From assembly GCA_012295275.1 (NCBI GenBank), contig CM022675.1:1240001-1304000 (forward strand): a DNA stretch of 64,000 nucleotides. The letters are read 5' to 3'. The notes beneath the pieces were generated by a model. It was not told the origin of the DNA. It was given only the letters and a program-made list of their open reading frames with translations, and did no database searches. Origin of the DNA: Chrysomallon squamiferum (taxonomy: Eukaryota; Animalia; Mollusca). Shown piece after piece: positions 1 to 42,988 of the stretch. How positions within the stretch are numbered: position 1 is the stretch's first letter; each line of letters starts with the position of its first letter. Made by a program: the position numbers and the translations under genes.

Positions 1-388
1 TTACATCTTCGACTGAAAGAAGTTTGTGTCTACGACAGTTTATAAAACTTACATCTTCGACTGAAAGAAGTTTGTGTCTACGAGATTTTATAAAACTTAC
101 ATCTTCGACTGAAAGAAGTTTGTGTCTACGACAGTTTATAAAACTTACATCTTCGACTGAAAGAAGTTTGTGTCTACGACAGTTTATAGAACTTACATCT
201 TCGACTGAAAGAAGTTTGTGTCTACGACAGTTTATAGAACTTACATCTTCGACTGAAAGAAGTTTCTGTCTACGAGATTTTATAAAACTTACATCTTCGA
301 CTGAAAGAAGTTTGTGTCTACGAGATTTTATAAAACTTACATCTTCGACTGAAAGAAGTTTGTGTCTACGACAGTTTATAGAACTTAC

Positions 389-411
<23 letters not shown>
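1..411. repeat. 48-bp minisatellite built from the end of channel exon 6 plus its donor site; at least 9 donor copies, runs off the window edge
   Basis: Unit ttacatcttcgactgaaagaagtttgtgtctacgacagtttataaaac starts at 1, 49, 97...385. Confidence 0.95.
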
Positions 412-29000
<28,589 letters not shown>

Positions 29001-29312
29001 CTTGTCTGTGTGCGAGAAAAACAGTTTTATTTACTTCTTTCATCGTCTGAGGCTTGTTTGTTTATGCTGCTTGTTTATTTTATTTATTTATTCATTTATC
29101 TGCTTGTTTGTTTGTTTTGTCATTGACGCTTGTTTTTTGTTTGTTTTATTTATTCTTATTTGTTTGTTTTATCTCGTTTGTTTATTTGTTTATTTTTTTT
29201 TAAATTTATTTTATTTGTTTGCTTGTTTGTTTATTTTATTTATTTATTCATTTATCTCTTTATTTCTTTATTTATTAATTTTCCAAAAATAATAATAATA
29301 ATAATAATAGTA

Positions 29313-29358
<46 letters not shown>

Positions 29359-29684
29359 TAATAATAACGTGAGTAATGTACAATAAACAGAAACTCTATG
29401 GAATTCGAAGTGTTTCTCTTTTTACTAAAATGATATTATATTTTCAGAACACAGTCTCCATGTAACACTGTTGTTTGTTTTTGTTTATCGTCACGTTTGA
29501 ATTTCCCTAAAGATGTCATTGGAGGCGTCTCTTTTTAGCGTCAGTCAGTCTGTATTCATTATGTATATTATAGTTTCTTTTGTTTTGTTTTTAGGAATTT
29601 CTTTTAAAAATACATTCACTGGTAATATTCATGTTACAGTAGACTGTTTAGGATATCAAGTAATTGTTAATCTGCGGGGGAAAT

Positions 29685-29793
<109 letters not shown>

Positions 29794-31999
29794 GAGAGAT
29801 ACAGAGACAGGGAGAGACATAGAGAGAAACAGGGAGAAACCGAGAGTCAGAGAGAGAGAGAAAGACAGAGAGACAGACAGCGAGAAACAGAAAGAGAGAC
29901 AAAGACAGAGAGAGACAGAGAGAAACAGAGAACAGAGAGAAAGAGACAGAGAACAGAGAAAGAGAGAGAGAGGAGAGAGACAGAGAGAAACACAGAGAGA
30001 GAGAGAGAAAAAAACAGGAGAGAGAGAGAGAGAGAGAGAAAAAGAAGAAAAAAAAGAGAGAAAATTACTTTGTATTTTCAGAAACATATTTTCAGTTCTG
30101 ACCCTTATGATAACAATTTAATAAAATTATGAACATATTTCAAAACTTTTAAGAATTGTTTTTGTATGCTAGACAACTGAGTAATATTGTTTACAGTGAC
30201 ATTTTATTTACACAAATTAGTACTAATTTCTACTTAAATGAGAATATTAGGAGATTTTTTTTCCACGTCACGATACTCAAGGGAGACAACTGCACACTGT
30301 TGACCTGTCTGAATTCATGTAAAAGGTTATCAGTTATGATTGAAATGTGATATCGTAATAAAGATAAATCATTAGTGAAATCGCCAGAGATTTGATGACG
30401 TCAGCAACGGATAGAAAAATACACTCAGTAACTTCGTGAAAACGAGAGGGTAACGATTTAAAACTGAATTTCCCACAGAAAACGTTTGGCGATCTATCTA
30501 CGAAAAACAGGGGATTTCGACGGCCGAGTTGAAACGTAAACAAAGAACCCGAATTTAAGGCTGATCCCCTTATAAGTCTCCGAGGAAATCAAATTTGCGG
30601 AGAAATTTCCAATTGCGATTCCGGAGAATATTAATCAAGGAAACTGCTAAATAAACTGACAGTGAATAAAGACAGCGGGATTACGTTTAGATAACTTACA
30701 TCTGGGAGCGTTAGGTTTAGGTTTAATGTTACTCTCAGCAATTTACGATCAGAGTTATCTCTCTTGTGTAATTACGCAGGTCTTAGCATTCGCTTATTGC
30801 TTGGTGTTAACGACAGAACGAAATCTCGTTTGAGAAAGGAACAATTAGGAGCTGTTTAAACACATTTCACCGCTGTCACCGCACATTCACAGGGTTACTC
30901 TTACGAGTTTATTCAAAGTACCTTTGATATTCGCCTTCTCATAAACAGCTTAGGTCTTTGGAAAAACGAGTTGTGGGGCATGGGGGAAATGATGGACAAA
31001 TAAACAAATATATATAGAGAGTGAGAGAAAGAAAAAGAAAAAGAGAAAGAGGATAACTATTTGAGAAAGAAAGACAATAGTAATGACAAAAAAAAAAACA
31101 GAAACAGAAGACGAAGACGAAAAAGAATAAATAAATAAATAAATAAGTAAATAAATAAATAAGAAGAATAAGAAGAAGAAGAAGAAGAAGAAGAAGATAA
31201 ATAAGTCAATTGATAAATGAATTAATGAATAATAATAACAATAATAATAATAACAACAACAACAACAAGAATAAGAATGATACTAACAGATAACAGTAAT
31301 AACCTGATAAAGAAGAAAGAACAACTTCAAAGTGATTTGATGTACACATGCGTTTCAAGTCGACAGAGGCAATAACATTACGTCATAATTAAATAAACAT
31401 GGTGCATGTGGTAACGGTATCAGTGTGTGTATCACATTACGTCATAATTGATTTACATCATTATTTTTTTCTATAATTTTATTACACATCGTGTGCAACA
31501 TGATTTATTTAATAACAGCTTCAGAAGTGGACTTGAGTGATAATAAAAATAAAACAAAACAAAAATAAATAAAATAAAATAAATATTTATAAAAGGAATA
31601 ATTTCGTTCGTTGATATGAAGATTACGAATTCTTCAAAACACATTTTTTCCCGTTGTTCTTAATGATGGTGTTGTTATTGTTGTTGTAGTAGTTATTATT
31701 ATTATTATTGTTGTTGTTCTTCTTCTTATTATTGTTGTATTGTTGTTGTTATTATTATCATTGTTACTATTATTATTGCTGTTATTATTGTTGTTGTTAT
31801 TGTTCCTCTTATTATTGTTGTTATTATTATTATTACTGTTGTTGTTGAATTTGTTATTTCCATTATTATTTTTCCTACTGTTGTGTTGTTGTTTTTTATA
31901 ACTAAAGTCTACAATACACTTCAGTGAGTCTACATTACATTTGTAATCAGCAGACCTCATACTACAAAACCACTAAAGTTTCTGTCAGCTTTCTGAAGA

Positions 32000-32610
32000 C
32001 GTAATAGAATATGCGTATACAGAAAACAGTTATAACGCTTTGTATCTAACATATTACGTCATGTGTTCATTTTAGAAGAATGATAACAGCATGAGTGTAC
32101 AGAAATAAAATTGTTTTTAAATATCGTCATATTTAATATATTACGTCATAACTTCATTTCATAAGAATTATTCTACATGCATGTAGAAAAAAAAACAGCA
32201 AAGTTACAACTATTTAAACAACGCTGTGTTTAATACATTACGTCATAACTTCACTTCATAAGAATGACTCCGTAAGCGTGTAGAAAAAACAAAATTAGAA
32301 TTACTTAAATAAGGCTGTACCTAATGTATTACATCATAACATCATTTCATAAGAATATCTTTGTATGCGTGTAGAAAAAAAAAAGTTACAACTATTTAAA
32401 CAACGTTGTATCTAATATATGATGTCATAACTTCACTTCAATAGAATGATTCCATATGCGTGTACAAAACAAAACAAAGTTACAACTATTTAAACACGAT
32501 TTAATTACGTCATAATTTCATTTTAGAAAATAAATTTAATAATACAACATGCATTTAGAGAAAACGAAATCATTATTTAAATATCGTTATTTCGGATAAC
32601 ATTACGTCGT
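32000..32610. repeat. Degenerate ~90-bp tandem repeat carrying TTACGTCA in most units
   Basis: Recurring attacgtcataacttca(c/t)ttcataagaat...gcgtgtagaaaaa. Confidence 0.8.
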
Positions 32611-33007
32611 GTCTTGATTCCAGCTGGTAGGAAAGAAATTGTGTGTTAGGACTCTGACGGGCTGACTTCTATTCACAGCATACAAAGTGTTTTCAATGCA
32701 GCGTAGCATCCCTGGGGACCTGGGCTTTGTTAGAACTAAGTGTCTTTTTGATCTAATGACGTGGCGAGGTGGACGCTGTGCTTACATTTACAGGAATTAG
32801 CAGCTCAAACTGGCGGACAGTTGTCACGGTCGCTGCGCGTGCAGACGTGAAAAATGAGCTCGTTATTTCAGTAAATGTGTCTGTTTCCGTGACGTCGCTA
32901 ATCCCGCTGACCGAAATGGTGGCTGGAGAGATGGTTTTTATTTTTAATAAAAAATGTTTTATTGTATTTGATTATGATCGTTATTTTCCTCATCATTATT
33001 AATATTA

Positions 33008-33112
<105 letters not shown>

Positions 33113-33560
33113 CATACTGATTGCATTATAATTAGATTGATTACACGCATATTGTATGTATGTGTGTGTGTGTGTGTGTGTATTTGAGTGTTTTATACTG
33201 ACAATAATAATAGTTATAATAATAAAAATGAATGAAAGAAAGAAAGAAAGAAATTGTTTAAATTTATAATTATCATTTTCATCGTCAGTATTATCAATAA
33301 TATTATCATCAGCACTTCAGTATAAACAGTATCATAATTATTATCATAATTATTTTGATTACTGTTGTCTTTATCTTAAATTATTATAACTATTACTCCT
33401 ATAATTATTATTATTATTATTAGTAGTAGTAGTAGCAGAATTAGTAGTTGTAGTAATAATAACAATAGTAGTAACAGTAGTAATAGTAGTAGTGGTAGTA
33501 GTAGTAGTAGTAGTAGTAGTAGTAATGGTCGTAGTAATAATAGTAGTAGTAGTAGTAGTG

Positions 33561-33615
<55 letters not shown>

Positions 33616-33693
33616 GAGTAGTAGTAGTATTATTTTAATGTTTCAAAGATGATTCCTGTGATTAAACTGTCAGTATACCTTTCAGGAATGAGT

Positions 33694-33803
<110 letters not shown>

Positions 33804-34509
33804 TTCGAATTTGTAAAAATTTTGGGTAGATCATGGTCCACATATAAAGCAAAAGAGATAAAGAGAGAACGTATAAATAAATATTGAAACAGAGAAAGAA
33901 AGAAAGAAGGAAGGAAGAATAATGAAAGAGAGAAGAGAAAAAAGGGAAAAGATAAATAAGAAATAAAAGAAGGAACGAAAGAATAAATAAAATAAAACAT
34001 GAATAAACGAAAGAAAGTAAATAAAACGGAAAGAAGGATAAAAAGAGCAAGTGAGAATAGATAAATGAAAGAGAGAAGAAGAAATAATTGAAGGAAAAAG
34101 AAAGGAAGAAAGAGAGAAAGAAAAGATAAATAAAGAACGTAAATGAAATGAAAAACAGAAAGAAAAAAATGAATTTTATTAGGAATGAATGAAGGAAAGA
34201 AAGAAAAAATAAAATAAAAATGAGGTAAATTGGGAAATAAAGAGAATCAGAAACAAAGATGATGGAAATGATTGTACTTTTAAAACCTTTCATATTTACC
34301 ATAACATTAACTCTTTCAAAATTAACTGCGCAGTTATTTTAATCATGAACACTCAAACAATTATCACAATTTAATAATTAAATCTGCAGTTTTGGCTGTA
34401 GATAACCGAATTTCATAATTAAATACGCAATTACATTAATAATTAACAACTGCTCTATATATATATATACGAACAAAGAAGAAATAAAAACGTGTTTTGT
34501 TTTTCTTAC

Positions 34510-34770
34510 CAGTATCTCAGTTGTACTGTGACTTCAGAAGGAAAAGAAAATATCAAAAACAGAAAAAAAATCTCTTCAGGTAAAAGTCCAGTAGAAAATT
34601 GGAAAACCAGAAACAGTAAATCCACGTCGTTTCAAGCAACGACGACGACAACGCACTGAAATCAAGCTGACGTCGCTGAGGCAGTCACTCGACTGGTCGG
34701 CAAACACTCACGTCTCTTTTTGGTGTTACGCCAAACGTCACTGATTGAACGTCATTATGACGTCATTATG
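34510..34770 (-). promoter_or_regulatory. Candidate promoter and non-coding first exon of the channel gene
   Basis: The acceptor 5 nt before the ATG implies an upstream UTR exon; donor CTG|GTAAGA at 34509; CpG-rich patch with CRE TGACGTCA at 34758-34765. Assignment is inference. Confidence 0.3.
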
Positions 34771-35131
34771 AAGTAACGCCTTGTTGATCACCGCCTAGTC
34801 TGGGATAGCACGAAGCGCGGATCGTTTTAGCTCAAACTCAGTTTTATTTTATTAATATTTTTTTTATTTTTTTATTCGACAAGCTGGTAAATGTTTCTAA
34901 TCGATTGGCGAAGTTTAGATCTGCACATGAATATTTCGCTACACGGCTTCCTCATTAATGTTTGATGTGCAGCCAGTGGCGAGTAGAGACTTTGATACGT
35001 ATGTGGGGCGTGTACAAGCGAAAGAAACCGAACAACAAAGAAGCGAGTAACAGGACAAAGACAGTGTAAGGAATTATTTAATATCTGACTCTCGTTTCTT
35101 GAAACAAAAATGGCATTAGTTAAAAGCGTTT

Positions 35132-36370
35132 CGTGATAGTGTTTGGGTGTGCGTGGTAATGTTTGATATTGTGTGGTAGTGTTTGGCATTGTGTGATAGT
35201 GTTTGGGAGTGTGTAATAACGTTTGGGATTGTGTGATGGTGTTTGGGAGTGTGTGATAGTGTTTGGGATTGAGTGATAGTGTTTGGCATTGAGTGATAGT
35301 GATGGTGTTTGGGAGTGTGTGTTAGTGTTTGGGATTGAGTGATAGTGTTTGGCATTGAGTGATAGTGTTTAGGATTGAGTGATAGTGTTTGGGATTGAGT
35401 GATAATGTTTGATATTGGGTGGTAGTGTTTAGGAGTGTATGATAGTGTTTGGGATTGAGTGATAGTGTTTGGGAGTGTGTGATAGTGTTTGGGATTGAGT
35501 GATAGTGTTTAGGATTGAGTGATAGTGTTTGGGATTGAGTGATAATGTTTGATATTAGGTGGTAGTGTTTAGGAGTGTATGATAGTGTTTGGGATTGAGT
35601 GATAGTGTTTGGGAGTGTGTGATAGTGTTTGGGAGTGTGTGTTAGTGTTTGGGATTGAGTGATAGTGTTTGGCATTGAGTGATAGTGTTTAGGATTGAGT
35701 GATAGTGTTTGGGATTCTGTGATAGTGTTTGGGAGTGTGTGATAGTGTTTGGGATTCTGTGATAGTGTTTGGGATTGTGTAATAGTGTTTAGGATTGAGT
35801 GATAGTGTTTGGGAGTGTGTGATAGTGTTTGGGAGTGTGTGATAGTGTTTGGGATTCTGTGATAGTGTTTGGGATTGTGTAATAGTGTTTGGGATTGTGT
35901 GATAGTGTTTGGGAGTGTGTGTTAGTGTTTGGGATTGAGTGATAGTGTTTGGCATTGAGTGATAGTGTTTGGGAGTGTGTGATAGTGTTTGGGATTCTGT
36001 GATAGTGTTTGGGATTGTGTAATAGTGTTTGGGATTGTGTGATAGTGTTTGGCATTGAGTGATAGTGTTTGGGAGTGTGTGATAGTGTTTGGGAGTGTGT
36101 GATAATGTTTGGGATTCTGTGATAGTGTTTGGGATTGTGTGATAGTGTTTAGGATTGTGTGATAGTGTTTGGGATTCTGTGATAGTGTTTGGGAATGTGT
36201 GATGGTGTTTGCGAGTGTGTGATGGTGTTTGGGATTGTGTGATAGTGTTTAGGATTGTGTGATAGTGTTTGGGATTCTGTTATAGTGTTTGGGAGTGTAT
36301 GATAGTGTTTGGGAATGTGCGATGGTGTTTGCGAGTATGTAACAATGTTTGAGATTGTATGATGGTGTTT
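35132..36370. repeat. 20-bp minisatellite, about 60 copies
   Basis: Unit gatagtgtttgggattgagt / gatagtgtttgggagtgtgt. Confidence 0.97.
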
Positions 36371-36828
36371 TCAGGAGTGTTGGAATTAAGATGATGTTTG
36401 TGTACAAACGTGTGGTAAGTGAAGTAGAGAAATGTGTTATTTAAAGACGTAGTTGGTGGTATTTAGGGTGTTAGATTAACACTGCATTTCTGGTATTTCA
36501 AGTGGATAAGCATTATATTTAATGTTGGTAGCTTTTGTTACGATAACATCTGAAGAAGAGATCAAAGGTAATTGATACAATAAAGATGGCAGTTTAAAAT
36601 AGAAATCTATGGTATTTCATATGGAATGATATTTTAACATGAAACCTTTTGTATCTCAAGAATTATAAAATATTTTTTCAGCCATCAATCATATTGCTAA
36701 GACATTCTAACGGAATCTGTTTTTAATTTGAACTAGCAGAATTTCATATTTTATTAATGATGTTTGCCATTTTCTGCGACAACCTTTCAAGTTGATTCTA
36801 AAGTTAATTAAATAATAATAATAATAAT

Positions 36829-36877
<49 letters not shown>

Positions 36878-37856
36878 GCAACAACAACAACAACAAAAAT
36901 AAAATAAAATAAAATAAAATAAAATAAATAAAATAAATAAACAAACAAACAAACAAACAAGAAGAAGTCTCACTGTTGTTTCCTGCCTGACTCTACGACA
37001 CTGGTAGACGCGTTGTCACTAAGACGTGGACGTTTCTTACAAAAAGCCAGATGGAGAGAAGATGACAAGATGAGCTGTGACTTGGAGTTTCCGGCGGGCA
37101 GAGTGGGGGGGGGTCTGCTTAATGACAGCTAACGCCCCAGGCAGCCCCGCGTCCCGGGGTTTTCAGCTTAACGGAATTTATTTTATTCTTTTAGAAATAT
37201 AGTCAGCGTTCAGTTTAACTGTAATCATAGTTATTTTACATATGTATATAAAACTATAACTGTATATTTTAAATTAGAGAGATAGATTTAGCATTTAATT
37301 TAATTATAATTATATTTATTTTCGATATGCATATACAACATATGTTGAATAATACCTACAGCATGCATTTCTATGCAATACATTTATCGCTTTTGTGTGT
37401 CGTGATTGGACTTTGTCCTCCTGCGCCAGTGCGTCCCCGAATATTGTCTATGTGGAGAGGCTGTTCAGACGTACATAAGACAGAAAATATTCACTCTTAA
37501 GATTGCATACATACATGCATAAAGACATAAATACATACGTGCATATGTACCTTAATTCATTAACATAAAAAGTAATTAACATTTACTTAAGGTTATAAGC
37601 ACGTATGTGTGTGCATATGTCTGTATTAATATTATTTAAACACTTAAACAAATATATGATACTAATAATATTGCTGCTGATGCTACAGGATAGAGATAAC
37701 AATTATCATGATAACGAAAAAAATGATGATGTCATTGTTTGTAATATGAATGATTATATCAATAACAACGACCAAATGAACAGAAACGAGTACAGGATAA
37801 TGACGATGGTGATGATGATAATAATGATGATGACGACGATGATAATAATGATAAAA

Positions 37857-38068
37857 GGATTTACGAATTATTTAAGATAATCGTATTCAATGTAGAGTTA
37901 TTTTTGATATGAGTAATGTGTAAATAAAATACGTGTACTGTAAACACTGTCTGAATGATGACGGATCATGATGAATGGATTAAAGAATTACGTAAGATAA
38001 TCGTATTCAGTGCAGAGTTAGTCTGACGTGAGGAATGTATAAATAAAATATGCGTACTGTAAACACTT
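37857..38068. repeat. Diverged ~120-bp tandem duplication
   Basis: taagataatcgtattca..gtagagtta...aaataaaata.g.gtactgtaaacact occurs twice. Confidence 0.8.
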
Positions 38069-38200
38069 TGTGATTGAAATCTCCTCTCAGGCGAATGTAA
38101 TTGATTTTAAAAGAATAAAACTTTCCCAGCGAATAACAGCATTTGATTAAACCAACAGTCAAGAGATGAATGCTGAAACAAAGAAGAGAGGGAGATAAAG

Positions 38201-38299
<99 letters not shown>

Positions 38300-40099
38300 C
38301 ACAGAGAGAAAGATAGATATAGACATATAGACAGTAAATAGACAGACAAAGAGAAACAGACAGATACAGACACAGAGACAGACAGACACAGAGATGCAAC
38401 AAAAATTAATAGCCTGAATCCCAGAAGCCTGTAAACTTGTCTGCTGTGTGTTTCAAACGAATTTCAAACGAATCAAATGGAGTCTTTGGAATCTTAGTGA
38501 AAAACAAACCTGACACACGGAGTCAGTTCAAGTATTCAAGTCGCATTCGCCTCATTAGACTTGCACATGATTCTGTCATATACTCAGCCTCTCAGCGTAT
38601 GTATTTTTGTATCAACTGATGTCCACCAATTGGAGGAAATTAGAACGGAATACAAGTAAAAGTATGGCGGGACAGAGCTATTAGGGCACTTCCGGTTGTG
38701 TCGTATTATCACTGGCGAAAAGAAGAAAAGAAACGTTTATCCCGGCGAGTCGTAAAAAAATGTAGTTTTTTTTTTTTTTTTTAAATGAGTCTCCATTATG
38801 CATTACCTACTTTCTAATTTGTTTGTTTTTATGCGGAAGGAAAATTTCTGACAGAGGTCTAAACGAAAAGGATAAATCTGTGAGGGAAGGATGTTACTGA
38901 GAATTATGGGATACCGTTAGTAAAATGTATGTAGGAATCGAATTCGAACTATTTTGACTTATAAAATGATGATGGTAATGAAGACGATAAAAACAGCAAC
39001 AGCATTATCGCAATAACAGTAATAATGATGATGATGATTATAATACTAATAATGCATATACCACAAATTAAAATGTTTATAAAGGAGAAAAGACACATAC
39101 ACACACGCACACACACAAATAAAAATAAAAATTACGAATTAGCTCTATAAAAAAAAAATTCTTTTAAAATAAAAATCCTTTCAGGAGGAGAAAGATGTCG
39201 AATGTTAAACCAGTCTGCCTCGAGGCTTGAAAACAGATCTCTACAGAAAACAGCGAGTAAAACTTCAATTGGTTTTAAATCTCACTAAATCACTGCAGAC
39301 AGCAGCGAATGTAATTTACAGATAAACGTAATAATCCGAACCAGTCATTTTCTAATCTTACTGAAAAATCTTACCGGAAGTCAGGCTTAACCGGCGCGCG
39401 AGGACCCGGAAACCTTCGCTGTTGACATTTTGAGGTTTTTTCGCAGCTCGACACTTAATAAACGTCAGAGGATTTATTAAAGCAAGTGCTACCTTCATTA
39501 TTTCAACTCATCAACTACACCTCTGTCTTCTCAAAATGGCCGCGATGTGGGTTACCGGTGTAGGAGCCTCCCCCGCTCCCAAACCCTCCCCCTAGTTACG
39601 TTGGTCTTCGACTGACTTGCTGTTTAACGCCGCGTTTCCGATGTCGCGCAGTATACAAGCAAAGATTAACGATGTAAGCCTGTCTCTTTAAGAAAACCGA
39701 TTTTTCCAGAAGCGATAAGAAAGATAAAAAAAAAATAAAAACGAGTACAATACTAGGATGAAATTAATGATTTTACTTTCGTTTGGTGTGCTGAAGGCGG
39801 TTCTGTGAGGTGAGATATTTTAATAATGTGGAAAAGACTAAAAGAAAAACGATAATACAAAGAAAAAATAATTTAGAGATCAAAACAGAAGAAAAAGAAT
39901 ATGAATACAAATTCTTTTGAAATGAAAGAAAGAAAAATGAGAAAAATGAAGACGGAGAGAAAGAGAAATACTAAACGAAAAGTAGGAAAATTGGGATAAT
40001 AAGTTAGAAGTAAAGAAAATATTAAAAATAAAGAAAGAAAGAAAGAAATAAATAAAGAAAAAATTGGGAATAGGTTACAAATAAATAATGAAAAAAGAA

Positions 40100-40166
<67 letters not shown>

Positions 40167-41115
40167 TAATAATAAGATAATGAATAAAATAATAAAATAA
40201 AGCAATAAACAATCAAACAATAAATGGAAAAGAAACATTTTAAAACAATCAACATGAAAAGCGGACTGGATCTTAAAACCGGGCACGAATCCGTCCATTG
40301 ATTGTTAATAATTATTTTGCTTTTAAAGAAAATGCAGCAGTTCATCAGACAACCCCCCCAACCCGCCTAGCCACTGGCAACTGAGCAACATCATACCTCC
40401 ACCATTACTACTGAACAATTACTACTATTACCACTTTTGTCGCTACTACTACTAAATCTACAACTATTACCGCTAATAATATTATCACTATTATTACAAC
40501 TATTATTACTAATACTAGTATTACCGCTACTACTATTACCATCAACACTACTAATACTACTAATACTACTAATACTTCTACTACTACTAATAACAATAAT
40601 AATTACAAAACTGCTATTACTACTACTTCTAATAATAATAATCACAGTAGGTGCAGCAGCAATAGTAGTAGTAATAGTAGTACTAGTAGCAGTCGTATCA
40701 GTAGTAGTAGTAATAGTAGTCGTAGTAGCAGTAGTAGTCGTACTAGTAGCAGTAGTAGTCGTACTAGTAGTAGTAGTAGTAGTAATAGCAGTAGTAGTCG
40801 CACTAGTAGTAGTAGTAGTAGTAGTCGTCTAATAATAATAGCAGTAGTAGTAGTAGTAGTAGAGTAGTAGTAGTCGTACCAGTAGTAGTAGTAGTCGTAC
40901 TAGTAGTAGTAATAGTACTAGTAGTAGTAGTTGTAGTAATAGTAGTAGTAGTAGTAGTCGTACTAGTGGTAGTAGTAGTTGTAGTAATAGTACTAGTAGT
41001 AGTAGTAGTAATCGTACTAGTTGTAGTAATAGTACTAGTAGTAGTAGTGGTACTAGTGGTAGTAGTAGTTGTAGTAATAGTAGTAGCAGCAGCAGCAGAC
41101 GTGATAAACAAGTAC

Positions 41116-41806
41116 TTATGTTCTCTTTTCTCTGACGCATTAAAAATCTTCTTCCTTGATCTGAGTTTTCTACATGCTGCGCGGAAGCAGTTAAAAACAT
41201 TTGAAGAGGTTGTTCTTGTCTTTTCTCTATTCTGTTTTTTCTCCTTTTTCTGTTTTTATTTTTATTTTATTTTATTTTTTGCTTTCGTTACACACTTTTT
41301 TGTTGTTATTATTGTTATTTTTCGTTGCAACACTTCAGAATACAATTAAACATTTTCTGTAATTTAAAATTACCTATTGTTGTTGTTTTTAATTGACTGA
41401 TTGCTTATAAATCTAGAAAATATTTTTAGTGACTGTTTTCAAAACAGTCGATCATGCGTGGAATGTGTTTACTAAAGGAACAAAACTGACTGAATAGAAA
41501 AAAACCTTTTAAACTGTTGTTAATTTTTTCGTTTTTGTTTTGGTAGTAACAAAAATGGCTGAATTTTAAAATGTTTCTGTATTAAGCGGTTTTAAGTGTT
41601 AAATGTGAGAGTTTACTACAAACAAAAATTTGTCTTTAGACGACGGTATTTAAATGCTACGAAATGACGTCATAAGCAAAACGTGCTGACGTCATCATCA
41701 TCTTATTGCTTTATTGTCATACTTTTATAAGTATCTGAAGAAAGAAACCGAACAAATATTTAAAACAGCATAAAATGTATAATTTATTCTAACTGTTTTT
41801 GCCGAT

Positions 41807-41839
<33 letters not shown>

Positions 41840-42392
41840 ACAAAGAATACGCAAGAACGATCACAATGTTTCGCCACATCTGAAATGAAAAAAATAAAAA
41901 TAAAAATCGTTAAGTCGTATTTCACAACGTGTTACTGTTATAACTGTTCTACGTAGATTTCCTCACCTGACTAAACTCTGACAAACACTGAATGCTACCT
42001 GAACGCAGCTCGCTTGGTTCAGCCATTAACGTGACAGCATTCTGTTTACTCTGTTGTGCAGTTTGAAGAGAAGACATAATTTTCATTAGGTTAATAAATA
42101 CTCAGTAAATAAAACGAACACGACAGGGAAAGTTTTTCTAGGCGAACGATGCAAAAATATATCATAAACCGTCCACACGGAATTGAAAAGATGTCGTCTG
42201 CTGACAAATACTCTTTTTTTGTTGTAAATAATTGTAATTTCGCGAAACCGTGGCGCGCTGATAGGCTTTATAATGAGGTGAATCATTTTGCGCAATAAAT
42301 AAAAGATATAGGAGGAGAGGAGCTAGGAGGAGAGCCGCTAGGAGGCGAGCCGCTCTCCAGTGAGTCGATTGTTGTCGTACGCCTCTACTCAT
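41116..42392 (-). CDS. Candidate small signal-anchor/secreted protein gene; putative exons 42392-42249, 42050-41967, 41176-41116
   Basis: GAAAGATG start, basic N-terminus plus Leu/Ala-rich segment; next two segments have good acceptors and join in phase 0. First donor (ACG|GTTTCG) is weak and the 3' end is unresolved. Confidence 0.35.
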
Positions 42393-42584
42393 CTTTCAAA
42401 CTCGACCACTGATTGATGTCAGGTTTAAACTAAACACACGTTCGACTTGACGATGTGTTAAATTTCACTGTAAAACTTTCGCGTGCAGAATGACCATTTT
42501 ACTGTTCTTTACATAATAATGAATGACAGGGTCCTGTTAGTGTTGTTGTTATTGTTATTGTTATTACCATTATCATTATTATTA

Positions 42585-42649
<65 letters not shown>

Positions 42650-42797
42650 TACTACTAATATCAGTATTAATTAATTTATTAATTATTTATTATTTGTAAT
42701 TTAATTAATTTACTTTTATGATTATTTAAATGTTCTTTGTTTTGTTCTTTCTGATATTTTCCTTCTCACGATTATTTAATTTTTCTTTGTTTTGTTC

Positions 42798-42887
<90 letters not shown>

Positions 42888-42988
42888 GAATTCTAATGAA
42901 ATGAAATGAAATGAAATGAAATAAAATAAAATAAAATAAAATAAATAAAATAAAATAAAATAAAATAAAATAAAATAAATGTACTTAC

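Noticed and set aside
35116-36055. Repetitive PNTITQSQTL ORFs
   Set aside because: Translations of the 20-bp minisatellite.
42185-42215. LSADDIF in an alternative frame, resembling the reverse-transcriptase YADD motif
   Set aside because: No other RT motifs and the frame closes quickly; the GTCGTCTG word also recurs in non-coding DNA (25388, 57213).
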